Below are positions 10,085 to 20,261 of a DNA stretch of 64,000 nt, piece after piece. Source of the stretch: Schizochytrium sp. TIO01 (lineage: Eukaryota; Protista; Bigyra: Labyrinthulomycetes); contig SMSO01000014.1 of the NCBI GenBank assembly GCA_004764695.1, forward strand, positions 863,648-927,647, read 5' to 3'. The position numbers were made by a program, and so were the translations under genes. Under the pieces are notes generated by a model that was given only the letters and a program-made list of their open reading frames with translations, was not told the DNA's origin and ran no database searches. Numbering within the stretch: the first letter of the stretch is position 1; each line of letters starts with the position of its first letter.

Positions 10085-11977
10085 ATGGACCCCTCTCTGG
10101 TTTGCCCATATGGTGTTACGCTGGCGTACCTGTATGAGCTTGGTAGCACCGTCCAGAGTAACATTCTTGCTAAAGGCGTTGAGTTGTACACGCTAAAAAT
10201 GCCAATCACACTCAAAGACGGAACCACCCTTGAGACTGGTACAACCCTTCATATGTCACGACGCAAGGGACTCTTTAGCAAGGCAAAAATGAGAACTGCT
10301 GGGGTGGACTTCTCATTTGAGGTACCCCGAAGCAAAATTTTGTTTAAGAACAGGTCATTCTGGGATGTCAGTGATGTCAAGGAATATGTGGTAAAACCTG
10401 CTGTGCAAGAACGTAGCTGCGCACTTGCCTCAGTACTCGATGCTCGTCATGTTTGCGATGTGGAGTACAAGTGCTTCTATCTCAGCGTTCCTTCTACAGG
10501 TCGCCTTAGCAAGGTCATTGAAGCTTTAAAAGAATTCTTTGACGGAGAAGATGATGATCCGACCAGCATTTACATTTGGTTCGAGGTGACAAATGTCAAC
10601 CCTTTTGCAGTTCAATCGGGGGAGATTCTGGAGGAGTATGAAAATACCATTGTGGACCGCGTTCAAGCATGTGTGGACCACCTCGTCTTTGCGGATCGAT
10701 GGGGGTACCGGGAGAGCAGATCTCCCGCAAACGCTAGCTTTGAAGATGCCAAAGTCCTTTGGGAGATTGCGTGTGCACGTGATGATGATATGGACACTTA
10801 CGTCATCTTACCCGGTGAAGCGCACCGAGACATGCGCAACTCTATGCGTGCTCACGGTCTTACGTTTTTTGAGCGTATGACGAATGCCATTTCAATTGCC
10901 GATGCTGTTGGTCTAGTGCATCTTGAATCAATTGTAAAAGCGAGCGCCCGGCAAGCAGCAAGAGAGCTTGCAGCAGAAAAGGCTACTGAGAAGGATGTAG
11001 ATGAAAAAGACTCTGACCCAGAGTCAGAGGACGAGCCTTCGCCTGATGCTGACGCAATCCCCGCGGAAGATGACCCAGATAACTGGACAAGTAAACAGCT
11101 CGCCAAGGAATATACCTTGGTGAATCGTGTCATTGTAAAGCAGCTGGAGATTTGGTTCATGCACGAATTTGCTGATGAGGTACCCAAACTCGCAGAGCGC
11201 AAAGACATCCAATTCGAGCCTGCTGCAAAGGCTATTAATCGCATAGCCGTTATGCACTCTCGCAACGGTGAGATTAGTGAAGCCATTATTCTCTTTGACT
11301 ACGTTATCCAATTCCTACGCTTGGGCCAGTTCAAGACCCACTCTTCTCTTGCGTTTGCTCTTAACAACAAAGCATTACTCTTACAGCGCCAGAACAATCT
11401 TGACGAAGCTATCCCTTTGCTCCAAGAAGCCGTGGATATCCTCGAGCAGATCCAAGATAGCGAAGCGATGATCGCAATCTTGGTCAACAACCTCATTACC
11501 ATGTACGAAACAATTGGTGATTATGACGGCGCAGAAGAGCAGCTTCGGAGGTTAGTGGAGCTTAACGCCAAGGCTTATGGAATGAAATCCACCAAGGTCG
11601 CACTCAGTCTCAATCATCTAGGTGCCGTGCAAATCAAACTAGGTGATGTATCAAGCGCAAAGAAGAACCTCTTACAAGCCCTCAGCATTCTCGAAAAAGA
11701 CCTCGACATTACAGAGGATGACCCTAACTTGGCAGCTGTCATTGATGATCTTGCAACAATTTATGACATAGAGACAGATCACACCGCTGGGGATGGTTCG
11801 GGGCATCATCGCACGGTTGCTGCGACGCTCCTTCAGCTTGCTACCGTGTACAAACAAGAGCACTCGCGTGACAGCCATACACGTGCAAGCAAGCGCGGTC
11901 TTAAGATTCTCAGTGATGTTCTTGGCGCGGATCACCCGGAAACCCAAAAATACGAGCGTGATTTGCTTCTAGAGTAA
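10085..11977 (+). CDS. TPR protein (kinesin-light-chain/NPHP3-type TPRs) with a degenerate N-terminal HET/TIR-like domain
   Basis: 630-aa ORF. TPR motifs LAFALNNKALLLQRQNNLDEAIPLLQEAVDI, VALSLNHLGAVQIKLGD and LGADHPET. N-terminal DVKEYVVKP...IYIWFEVTNVNP...VLWEI. Confidence 0.8.
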   Translation: MDPSLVCPYGVTLAYLYELGSTVQSNILAKGVELYTLKMPITLKDGTTLETGTTLHMSRRKGLFSKAKMRTAGVDFSFEVPRSKILFKNRSFWDVSDVKEYVVKPAVQERSCALASVLDARHVCDVEYKCFYLSVPSTGRLSKVIEALKEFFDGEDDDPTSIYIWFEVTNVNPFAVQSGEILEEYENTIVDRVQACVDHLVFADRWGYRESRSPANASFEDAKVLWEIACARDDDMDTYVILPGEAHRDMRNSMRAHGLTFFERMTNAISIADAVGLVHLESIVKASARQAARELAAEKATEKDVDEKDSDPESEDEPSPDADAIPAEDDPDNWTSKQLAKEYTLVNRVIVKQLEIWFMHEFADEVPKLAERKDIQFEPAAKAINRIAVMHSRNGEISEAIILFDYVIQFLRLGQFKTHSSLAFALNNKALLLQRQNNLDEAIPLLQEAVDILEQIQDSEAMIAILVNNLITMYETIGDYDGAEEQLRRLVELNAKAYGMKSTKVALSLNHLGAVQIKLGDVSSAKKNLLQALSILEKDLDITEDDPNLAAVIDDLATIYDIETDHTAGDGSGHHRTVAATLLQLATVYKQEHSRDSHTRASKRGLKILSDVLGADHPETQKYERDLLLE

Positions 11978-12037
11978 GTCAGTCAGACCACACACCCCAG
12001 GGTCAAGGCAAAAATAAGGGGTGTGCGGCTTGGAGGA

Positions 12038-12057
12038 AGAGAGAGAGAGAGAGAGAT
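12038..12057. repeat. (GA)n microsatellite downstream of the TPR gene
   Basis: agagagagagagagagaga. Confidence 0.9.
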
Positions 12058-13112
12058 AACGCAGAAAACGTGAGGGTGAATGATAGATTATATCAAAGGG
12101 TTAAGGAGGTGCAGCTACTTAGGCATGGGTAAGACCTATTCTGCCCTTCCTGATCCTAAAATAAGTAAAAAGAGACTATCATCATGATAACTTTTTGTTT
12201 CTTGAACAAGATTTTGTCCTTGCCCAAGACTGGGTGGGGCTTTAAAGATTCAAGTCGAGAGCTGCAAAGTGAGAGATGGAAAGAGTGCGGCGAACTTGCG
12301 TATTTACATCAGGGAGAGGTATTGAACATACTGTCCTCACCTCCGTTACAGAGCTCAAATAATAACGATTCAACACTTGAAATTTGTTCGTTCATATCTA
12401 CCTTAACAGTAAGCCTTCGCGTCAGCGTCGGCGCCTTCACATCAGCAGAAGATTGAAATGAAACAAGCTCGTTGGTTAGTTCCTCAGTTCCTCTCTAAGA
12501 GAGTGTTTGTCTTTTTTTCCCTTCGATTTTTGAATCGAATCTGTGCCATATAATCCACGCAGAAAAATCAAAACAGTTGGAAAGCAGTAATGTCTTTGTC
12601 TGTGAAACACACAGTGGGAATGGAATTTTGTTTTTCCTGGAGAGGAAAATACGATAAGCAAACTATATTTTGTGTGTTGTGCAGACTCGAGCAATATTTG
12701 CTATGCAAAAATCAAAAATAACAATATCTGCATGATTCTCTGTGAAAATAGAAGAGAAAACGCCAGGACCTTTTTTCCATACATCTCGTTTGCGCCCTCG
12801 AACTTTCAAAGGGCAAGCTTAAATTATGAAGATAGTATCTGCTACTGATGACAAAACGCCTGTGTCTGTCATCTCCTTAATATTGATCAAGCTTAGACAC
12901 AAGGAGAGAAGTGGACCCTTGAAGCAAGCACAGGACCTATAAGTCAATCAATCCACGCAGAAAACATATCGAAATATACAACAATCTTATGAACATAGGT
13001 CTATGAGAACATACTTACAGCCAAACGCACACAGCAGTCAACGGACGCGATCTGCAATCAGTGTTTCGTTATGAACAAACTTTTTTTAAACACATCTATA
13101 TTCTATTTTTCT

Positions 13113-16100
13113 CTAAGATTGTGACGAGTTGAGTTTACGCGAAGAATTTGAAGCAAGTTTCCCCTCATCAACAGAATTTGACATCTGGCGACGGAAAATT
13201 CTCCGCGCAGGCGATGCCAAACGGTCTGATGAATAATTGGGAGATATTTGGTCAGACAGCGCTGTATCGCTTACCCCTAAGGATTCCCCAAGGCCTAGTA
13301 AACTATTTGAGGGAGACATCGATGCCAGTGCATTGGATGATGTCCGAAAGCTGTCCACAGTTAAAAGTTCACGAGAACTAAGAGACAGGTCCCGAGAGTA
13401 CGCTTCATCATCATCATGATCATGATAATCTACCGAGCTTTGGAAGTTTTGTGGTAAATGTCGATGACCAAGAATCGACGATTGGCGCCGCAACTTGGGC
13501 TCGCGACGCCCAGGCAGAAGCGTTGAGGAAGATGTGTCCGCTTGGTCATGCGACCCTCTATGCCGCGGTCGTGAATGTCGAAGATCGGACGACCTCGCTT
13601 CACCGTGGCGAGCGAGACTTTCTCGCACGCGGCGAGCAGACTTGTAATCCCATAGGATACGTTTTAGTGTCGTAACAATAGTTTCTTGAACTGTATCCCC
13701 GTCCTTGCTTAACGCCTTGGGGGCAAATGTCAGCGAGTCTGGGTCGGTTAAAAAGCTTCGTACAAATAGAGGGCGATCTTCTGGTTTATGCCTCCAACAA
13801 GATCGCATAAGACGTTCATAATCCTTCGGCCAATCTGAAGTGCCATAACGTGTTGGTCGTCGTTGAGACAAAACCATCTCTCGAATACGCTCTTGGATGG
13901 AATCAAGATTAGTATCCACAGCAAGCTCATCCCACGGTACTCGGCCTGGGTGAGCCATGTCCCATAACACGATCGCAAACGAGTACGTGTCGGCCGCTTG
14001 GTCAAATCCTTTAGCAAGTTCAACCTCTTCATCCCGCAAAACTTCTGGAGCCATGTATTGCAATGTACCATGGTTCGCTGGACTCAAAAACTCCATGCCA
14101 GTCTTAAGCTCAATAGCCAAGCCAAAGTCGCATAATTTTGGGACGTAACGACCACCACCAAGATCTGTCAATAAAACATTGGAAGACTTTAAGTCGAGAT
14201 GAACAATGATTGGATTCAAGCTTTGCAGAGCCTTCAAGGCTTCCGCAATGCCGATTGCGACCTTCAACCGGGCTACCCAGCTCTTGCACAGCGGACTCAC
14301 AGAATCGGGATGTTCATTAGCTGACGCTAAATGAGCTGCAAGAGTTTGCGGGCCTCCCATCTCGCTGATAATAAATGCGGTGTTTTCGGCCATTGCTACT
14401 GCATGCAAGTTACAAATATGACGGTGCGCAGGCAACTTAGACATGATTTTGATCTCGTTCAGAAATGCGTTGTCCGCAAACGCAGCGTCTGTCAGACGTT
14501 TCACAGCAACAGGAATGTAGCGACCAACGTTCTTCTCATCAGATAACTCCTTCAAATCAGCGTTTTCTGGGTCCTCCGTGGACATATCATCTCGCACCAT
14601 AAAAGCTTTATAAACTGTTGAAAAGGCACCGCTACCCAATGTAACTGTCTTTTTAAATGGAGTTTTGCCTTGCGCATCACCACGTAAGGAATTTAGACGC
14701 ACTAGCAACCCTGAGCCATCCGCTCTACGCCACTTCGTTAGCAAATTGGTCACGCGCTGGACCCGCGGCGCCTGTGCTTCTGAAGGCTCGTAGAATGGGC
14801 GGGTAGAGTTGACAGAATTAGAACGTTGTACCATAACCTGTCGGCGACGGCTTCCATTTGACAAATTAGAAGAAGCCTGTTCCATAACCCCCAGGCGTTT
14901 TGTAGATGTTGACTTTCCAGACTTTCCACTGCTGTGAGAAGACACGTTGAGCGGTTGCGGACCGACAAGGTCCTCATTACCCAATGTTTCACCATCGTCT
15001 TCCTCGACTTGTTTATCTTCTGTAAGATATTCATCGTCCTGAAGTTCACGAAACGCACCCTTACGACGGTGAGCGGTCCATACTTCGACTAAGTCATTCA
15101 CATTGCCAACGCCAAGGACCTCTAGCGCTTCCTTTGCTGCCATTCGTGTATCGCGAGTGCTATTTGCGTGGCTATAGAGAGGGCCTACACCACCTGCAAT
15201 CACGATACGAGCGCCAATAACATCTACCTGCGCCAAAAAAGTAAGTGCCTTAATACTAGGTAAGTATGCAGCTTCGTCACTGCTGGCCAGGCCACCTGGA
15301 CTCTTTTTTCCATAAACAGAACTCGGAGACGCAAGACGTAAGAGCCGCACGATTACTCCACTTTCACATAGATGAACCTTGTGCCGATCAGTTACGTTCT
15401 CACATAATGTACACAAGAATCGAGCAATTTGCGCTTTAGCACCTGGTACGTCTGATCGGTAGAGCATATTCAAAACACGCATCACGCCTCGCATTTCAAA
15501 CATCTCGGCAGTAGCATTGGCAATAGCTCGCGAACTAGCGCAAGCTTGCTGAACAACCTCGAGAGCAGCCATTGTCAGTGCCACCAAGTGAAGCTTTTTC
15601 ACAAGTAGTTGACTAGATTGCTGAGCATTACGCTGTGCTTGGGCCCATTTGGATTCGTTCGCAGCAAGTTCTGCAGATTGCATTAAAGGCGCACGAGGGA
15701 GCATGTGAAGAAGCGAAGTCGGTGCGGGCCGGTAACCACCTCCGCCACCAACCGAGGAATATGACATGGTCGATGATGTCAACATTGAGTTTTGCCGGTA
15801 CAATTGTTGCTGCTGGAGCTGGAGTTGAGTTAATGTTGGCATTGATTCAGCCGTACCACTTCGGCCAAGTAGCACGGGTTGAACTCCAGAGGGGCTTGCC
15901 ATTCCTGTGGGACTAGGCAGCGGAGGTGGCGGAGGTGGAGGTGTGGGTGGCTGCATGCTAGCTCCATCTCCTTGAAATGCATAGCCTCCTACGAAACCAT
16001 TATCATTATACGTATCGTCATACATATCAGGAAATGTATCATCAGCATCTCCTTGCATCATACTTTGCGAAAGAATTGCACTTGCTAAGGATTGGTGTTG

Positions 16101-18113
16101 TTGAGCAGCCTCTTCAGCACGCTCAAGAATAATTCCTAAAGCTCGATCAATGAATTGCTCCTCAAGACCGTCTTGCCAATGGTCTCTGGTGAGGTTGCGA
16201 ACAAGGCCTACAAAGGCATTAAATAAGAGTTTAAGAAGTGAGATGTGTACATGCAAATTTGAACCGATACACATGTCTGTGAGCAAATTGATAAGGTCTT
16301 TACGGCCTTCGCGAACTTCCTCCAAGAGGTCTCTGTGCTGATCACTCTGACTTTTCATTGAGCGCTCCGCCTCTTCAAGATCTAGTTTTCCAATAAATTC
16401 AAATGCAAGTTTTAGTAAGCGCCGTTGTTCCTCAGAGAAGTTTCTGGTCCTTTCCGTTTGGTCCGCATGCCGAGAGCTACTTCCATCCTCATCACGGTCA
16501 TCATCGGCTTCAGAGCCGGTACTTGCATGAGAGGCGCCTCCATGCGGTGTTGTTAGGTTATCATCGCCCACTGCAGGACGTGGTGAGTCTGTCCGGTAAG
16601 GGTTCAACCGACGCGGACGACCAGCGTCAGTAAGTGTTTTCTCAACAACGCCTACAATTAGTTTAAACCAATGTCTTTCTAAAAGCCTGCCTTGCCAAAT
16701 GGTGCCTTTGGCGGCAAAGTCAATTGCAATGCGTACGGCAAAGATTTGAAGGGCACATTCTGATGACTTGACCAACTCTGTAGCGTGCGCTAGAAACGAG
16801 TTCAGGCCCTCAGGGCCGCGGGGAAAACCTGAGCGACTCGCATACTCACCAAGCACATTTGCAGCAACATTTCGAAGAGACGGTGCTCTTGACATTGCCA
16901 AAACCTTCAGAGCACTCATCTCATCCTTCGTTAGTTCTTTAAATGTCGCGTTATCTTTACCTTCCGGAGGTATTTTGTGAATATCCCGTGACGAACAGTC
17001 TTTCAATAGTTGTGCGATTGCTTCACCTGCGTGGACGCGGATATCCTTGTCACTAGCACTAATAAAGTCAAGCGCCAATTGAATACCCTCGCCTAAGTGA
17101 TTCAAATCCTTTGGACCAGAAAATGAAGGCCCATAGCCAGCAAAGTGAAAGTGATTGCCAGGGGGTCGCGTGTCAATGCTACGCATCGTACCTGCACTAC
17201 TGTGTGAGAATTTGGAAAGACTAGGAGGATGAGAAACAACTCGACTCCCTGTTGAATGCCGGGCAGATAGAACGGCCTCAACTGCACTATTCCTTTTGTT
17301 ATCTATTGAGATGGGTGGGAGACTGGTAGCAGCGCGAAACTCCTCCGCGCGGTCCTGCCTCTCTCGCGCTTGCACGTTTGCCATGTGTTGTTCTACAGTT
17401 GCAGCTAGGCTCTCCCCTGTCTTGTCCATATCTAAAGGAGCACTTTCGTAGTTTGATGATGTACTGCTCTGCCTTTCTCCGGGAATATGGCTACTTGCGG
17501 ACTTCTGGCGAATACGGAGCATCTGTTCCAAACCGTTAAAGCTTTTCGCGGGGGGGACAGCTGTTGCCTCGGGTTCTGGAGGAAGTGATTGTTGCGTTTG
17601 TTGGTTGATTATTTTGATAGGTTCTGCGTCTGGTTGTGCACTGTTAAATCCAGGGCTGGGGGCTGCTTCGTAGGTCGACGTTTGTGTACTGTCAGAGTCT
17701 TGCCTTGTACTAATTGGTGAAACCTCTGGTGTGTACGTGCTGTTAATGTGTCTGCCAGATGGCGACTTCGAGCTTGAGTCGGACCCTCCTGACCCATGTA
17801 AGCCATGTTGGCTATTGCTTTTACTTCTGGTCAAAAAAGACAGCTTCGAGGCAACAGCTGCTGCAGCTGCGGCTACTGGTTTCGTAAGATTCGAGGCTCG
17901 CCGTGTGTGCTTCGACGGTGGTTTTGGTGCGTCTTCAGAGGTTGCGCTTGATGTAGACTCTTGCCTTTGCGCTACGATGTGATTGCTAGAACCCGAGCTC
18001 GTTTTATCATCCTGTCGCCCACTCGCATCCTTTTGCTGCTGTCTCTTTTCAAGATAACTTTGCAGCACCCGAGCTGCTGCTGCCTTGCCATTGTCGTTGC
18101 CTCCAGGTGCCAT
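13113..18113 (-). CDS. Tyrosine-kinase-like (TKL) Ser/Thr protein kinase with armadillo-like repeats, 1666 aa
   Basis: LGSGAFSTVYK, VAVKRL, HLDLKSSNVLL, DFG, GTLQYMAPE, DTYSFAIVLW and CWRHKPEDRP. ARM-like segments such as GVIVRLLRL and IVIAGGVGPL. Confidence 0.92.
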   Translation of the reverse strand: MAPGGNDNGKAAAARVLQSYLEKRQQQKDASGRQDDKTSSGSSNHIVAQRQESTSSATSEDAPKPPSKHTRRASNLTKPVAAAAAAVASKLSFLTRSKSNSQHGLHGSGGSDSSSKSPSGRHINSTYTPEVSPISTRQDSDSTQTSTYEAAPSPGFNSAQPDAEPIKIINQQTQQSLPPEPEATAVPPAKSFNGLEQMLRIRQKSASSHIPGERQSSTSSNYESAPLDMDKTGESLAATVEQHMANVQARERQDRAEEFRAATSLPPISIDNKRNSAVEAVLSARHSTGSRVVSHPPSLSKFSHSSAGTMRSIDTRPPGNHFHFAGYGPSFSGPKDLNHLGEGIQLALDFISASDKDIRVHAGEAIAQLLKDCSSRDIHKIPPEGKDNATFKELTKDEMSALKVLAMSRAPSLRNVAANVLGEYASRSGFPRGPEGLNSFLAHATELVKSSECALQIFAVRIAIDFAAKGTIWQGRLLERHWFKLIVGVVEKTLTDAGRPRRLNPYRTDSPRPAVGDDNLTTPHGGASHASTGSEADDDRDEDGSSSRHADQTERTRNFSEEQRRLLKLAFEFIGKLDLEEAERSMKSQSDQHRDLLEEVREGRKDLINLLTDMCIGSNLHVHISLLKLLFNAFVGLVRNLTRDHWQDGLEEQFIDRALGIILERAEEAAQQHQSLASAILSQSMMQGDADDTFPDMYDDTYNDNGFVGGYAFQGDGASMQPPTPPPPPPPLPSPTGMASPSGVQPVLLGRSGTAESMPTLTQLQLQQQQLYRQNSMLTSSTMSYSSVGGGGGYRPAPTSLLHMLPRAPLMQSAELAANESKWAQAQRNAQQSSQLLVKKLHLVALTMAALEVVQQACASSRAIANATAEMFEMRGVMRVLNMLYRSDVPGAKAQIARFLCTLCENVTDRHKVHLCESGVIVRLLRLASPSSVYGKKSPGGLASSDEAAYLPSIKALTFLAQVDVIGARIVIAGGVGPLYSHANSTRDTRMAAKEALEVLGVGNVNDLVEVWTAHRRKGAFRELQDDEYLTEDKQVEEDDGETLGNEDLVGPQPLNVSSHSSGKSGKSTSTKRLGVMEQASSNLSNGSRRRQVMVQRSNSVNSTRPFYEPSEAQAPRVQRVTNLLTKWRRADGSGLLVRLNSLRGDAQGKTPFKKTVTLGSGAFSTVYKAFMVRDDMSTEDPENADLKELSDEKNVGRYIPVAVKRLTDAAFADNAFLNEIKIMSKLPAHRHICNLHAVAMAENTAFIISEMGGPQTLAAHLASANEHPDSVSPLCKSWVARLKVAIGIAEALKALQSLNPIIVHLDLKSSNVLLTDLGGGRYVPKLCDFGLAIELKTGMEFLSPANHGTLQYMAPEVLRDEEVELAKGFDQAADTYSFAIVLWDMAHPGRVPWDELAVDTNLDSIQERIREMVLSQRRPTRYGTSDWPKDYERLMRSCWRHKPEDRPLFVRSFLTDPDSLTFAPKALSKDGDTVQETIVTTLKRILWDYKSARRVRESLARHGEARSSDLRHSRPRHRGSHDQADTSSSTLLPGRREPKLRRQSSILGHRHLPQNFQSSVDYHDHDDDEAYSRDLSLSSRELLTVDSFRTSSNALASMSPSNSLLGLGESLGVSDTALSDQISPNYSSDRLASPARRIFRRQMSNSVDEGKLASNSSRKLNSSQS

Positions 18114-18879
18114 CTTGTTTCCTCTTTAGCGCAAGCAGCTAAAGCAGCTAATCTTAGCCCGCCAGCTGGCCAGCACTCCCCCGAATCCTTGAGGTTTCTA
18201 ATAGCAATTTGTCAAGCTTCCCAGGGCGCCCTTTGCAGCCCCAGAATCTGTGTCGATTATTTAGTGTTCGCGCTCCAAAGTTGCCAAAGAGGGACAACGT
18301 GACACCTAGCTACCTCTTAAAGTTACCTACTTTCTATTAACAATCTCTACGTGGGAGCTGGCAAACCGCGGCGCCTTTTTTTCCTTTTCACGCGCCGTTC
18401 GAGGGGGCACGAGTCGCAGACGGGCGCTGTGGCCTCAAGTTCGCAAAGGCCTTCCACGACAGGACCCTGGCCCTTCCTCCACGCCCGCGAGCGCCCTTGT
18501 CCTCCAAGCGCCTCCGAGTGCCTCGGTGCGCAGCCGAGCGCCAGGTGCGCGCTCTGTTTGCAATCTACTTCTTCTATGCACGAATTGTATGTTACATACA
18601 ACTTTCAGTCTCACTCTCGCAAAGCAACTATAGAGCTACTGCTTAGACTACTAGCGCCAAGGCCTTGCAAGTGGATTATACCGCTATAACCTACTTTCAA
18701 ACGCACACTCTATGGCCTAAGGCGCTATACTCCACTGTAGCTCGCCCCTATAGCCTACTGTAGCCGCGGAAGCTAAGTGCGCTAAACGCTGGGTCTGCTA
18801 AGGGTTGCACCACAGTGGAAAGGAACGGAGGAAAGAACGGAGAACGAGAGCTTGGGTTTCGAGCGCGAGGCGGGTCTCG

Positions 18880-18907
18880 TTGCTTGCTTGCTTGCTTGCT
18901 TGCTTGC
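18880..18907. repeat. (TTGC)n microsatellite in a divergent promoter region
   Basis: 7 tandem TTGC units. Confidence 0.95.
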
Positions 18908-20261
18908 CGCAACGGGACGGCCGGGCGAGGGAGGGGGGCGGGAGGGCGAGGGAGAGGCGCCCCCTGAGGAGGCCGCGGCCCCGTGTCACGTGTTTGCGCA
19001 GCACGAATCCCCGATGCACCGCCGTGGTGCTCCAGGTCGCGCACAATTCGACTTTGGCTTCCTCCCTCCTCTCTCTCTTTTGCTTCGTGTTTGCAAATTC
19101 GAATTTGAGAGAAGCGGTTTTTAAAAGGGCTTTTTCTAAGCTGCTCTCGATCTTTTGTGGCACCAGCAAAGCGGTGATTTGGGTCTCTCAGGCCGCGACC
19201 GTGCTCGACACATGGCCATGCACGCTCCAGCCGTCATGAATTCTCTCTGCTTCGAAGAAATCCTCTCTTCGTCCAAGTTTTTCCGCAGCATCATTCAGGT
19301 TTCACTCTCATATACACACGCTCAAACGATCCAGCTACATCGTGCAAGAAGAACCGCACCAAATGAAACTCTTTGCTGGCAGCCTAAACCCATATATCTA
19401 TTACTAGAGTGTCGTCCGCGCGGAACAACTGGAACGTGGGTTCAGGTACTCTTTTCAGTAAGACTTGCGTAAGTATCAATAGGAATCTCTTCTCTAATTT
19501 TTAATTTAAAAGAACTTCTTTTTTTCAACTTGAATTTAATTAAAAATTAGGAAAAGAAATCATCAAAGTTCAAAATTTGCACCAAATGGGTGTGTGCTTG
19601 CCGCGGTGTGATAGCTCCTAGTGGATTTCAAAAGTCTTAAGCACTTAGTAAGTAGCTGCTGTTGTAATGTGAGGGATGTGAAGAAGGAAGGCGGGAAAAG
19701 TGGAGCCGGCTAGGATCCGCTCGAAACCGCCGGCCCATCTCGCTGGGATGGGACCTCTTTGGCCCTGGCTAGCTGGCCGACAGGATGTTCGGGCCTGCTA
19801 AAGGTGATCTGAGGAGAACTTGGGCTTAGAATAGGGTTTTTGAAAGCTTTATGCACTTTACACAGAGCGGGATGTGAGGACAGCTTGAAGATTTTGGATC
19901 AAACCTCGTTTATCATTTTCGCAAAAAGGGTTCTGGTGACTATTATAATAAGTCCCCTCTTGTAGCAGCTTGATATGAGCGGGTGGAAGAAAGAATTAAG
20001 CAGGGCTATCGGTTACTATTAGTAGAACGGTACAACGCCTCTTTATAGTATTTTAATTAAGTAAGACAAGACGAAGAACTAGGTGCTATACTAGTGGTAG
20101 GTAGATGGAGCAGCGTGTACGAATATGGGTTCGTAAGGTTTAGACCAGAGCACCTGAGTTTAAGGTCGCAGAGTGCTGCAAAACAAGGCTTGGTTGTGGT
20201 GAGACTGAGGGGTTGGAGCTCGCTGGGAAAACCAATCTAGATTTGAACCCACGTAGCTACA

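Noticed and set aside
18347-19472. Overlapping short GC-rich ORFs on both strands
   Set aside because: Low-complexity promoter/5' UTR sequence driven by GC content and the TTGC repeat; no recognisable domains
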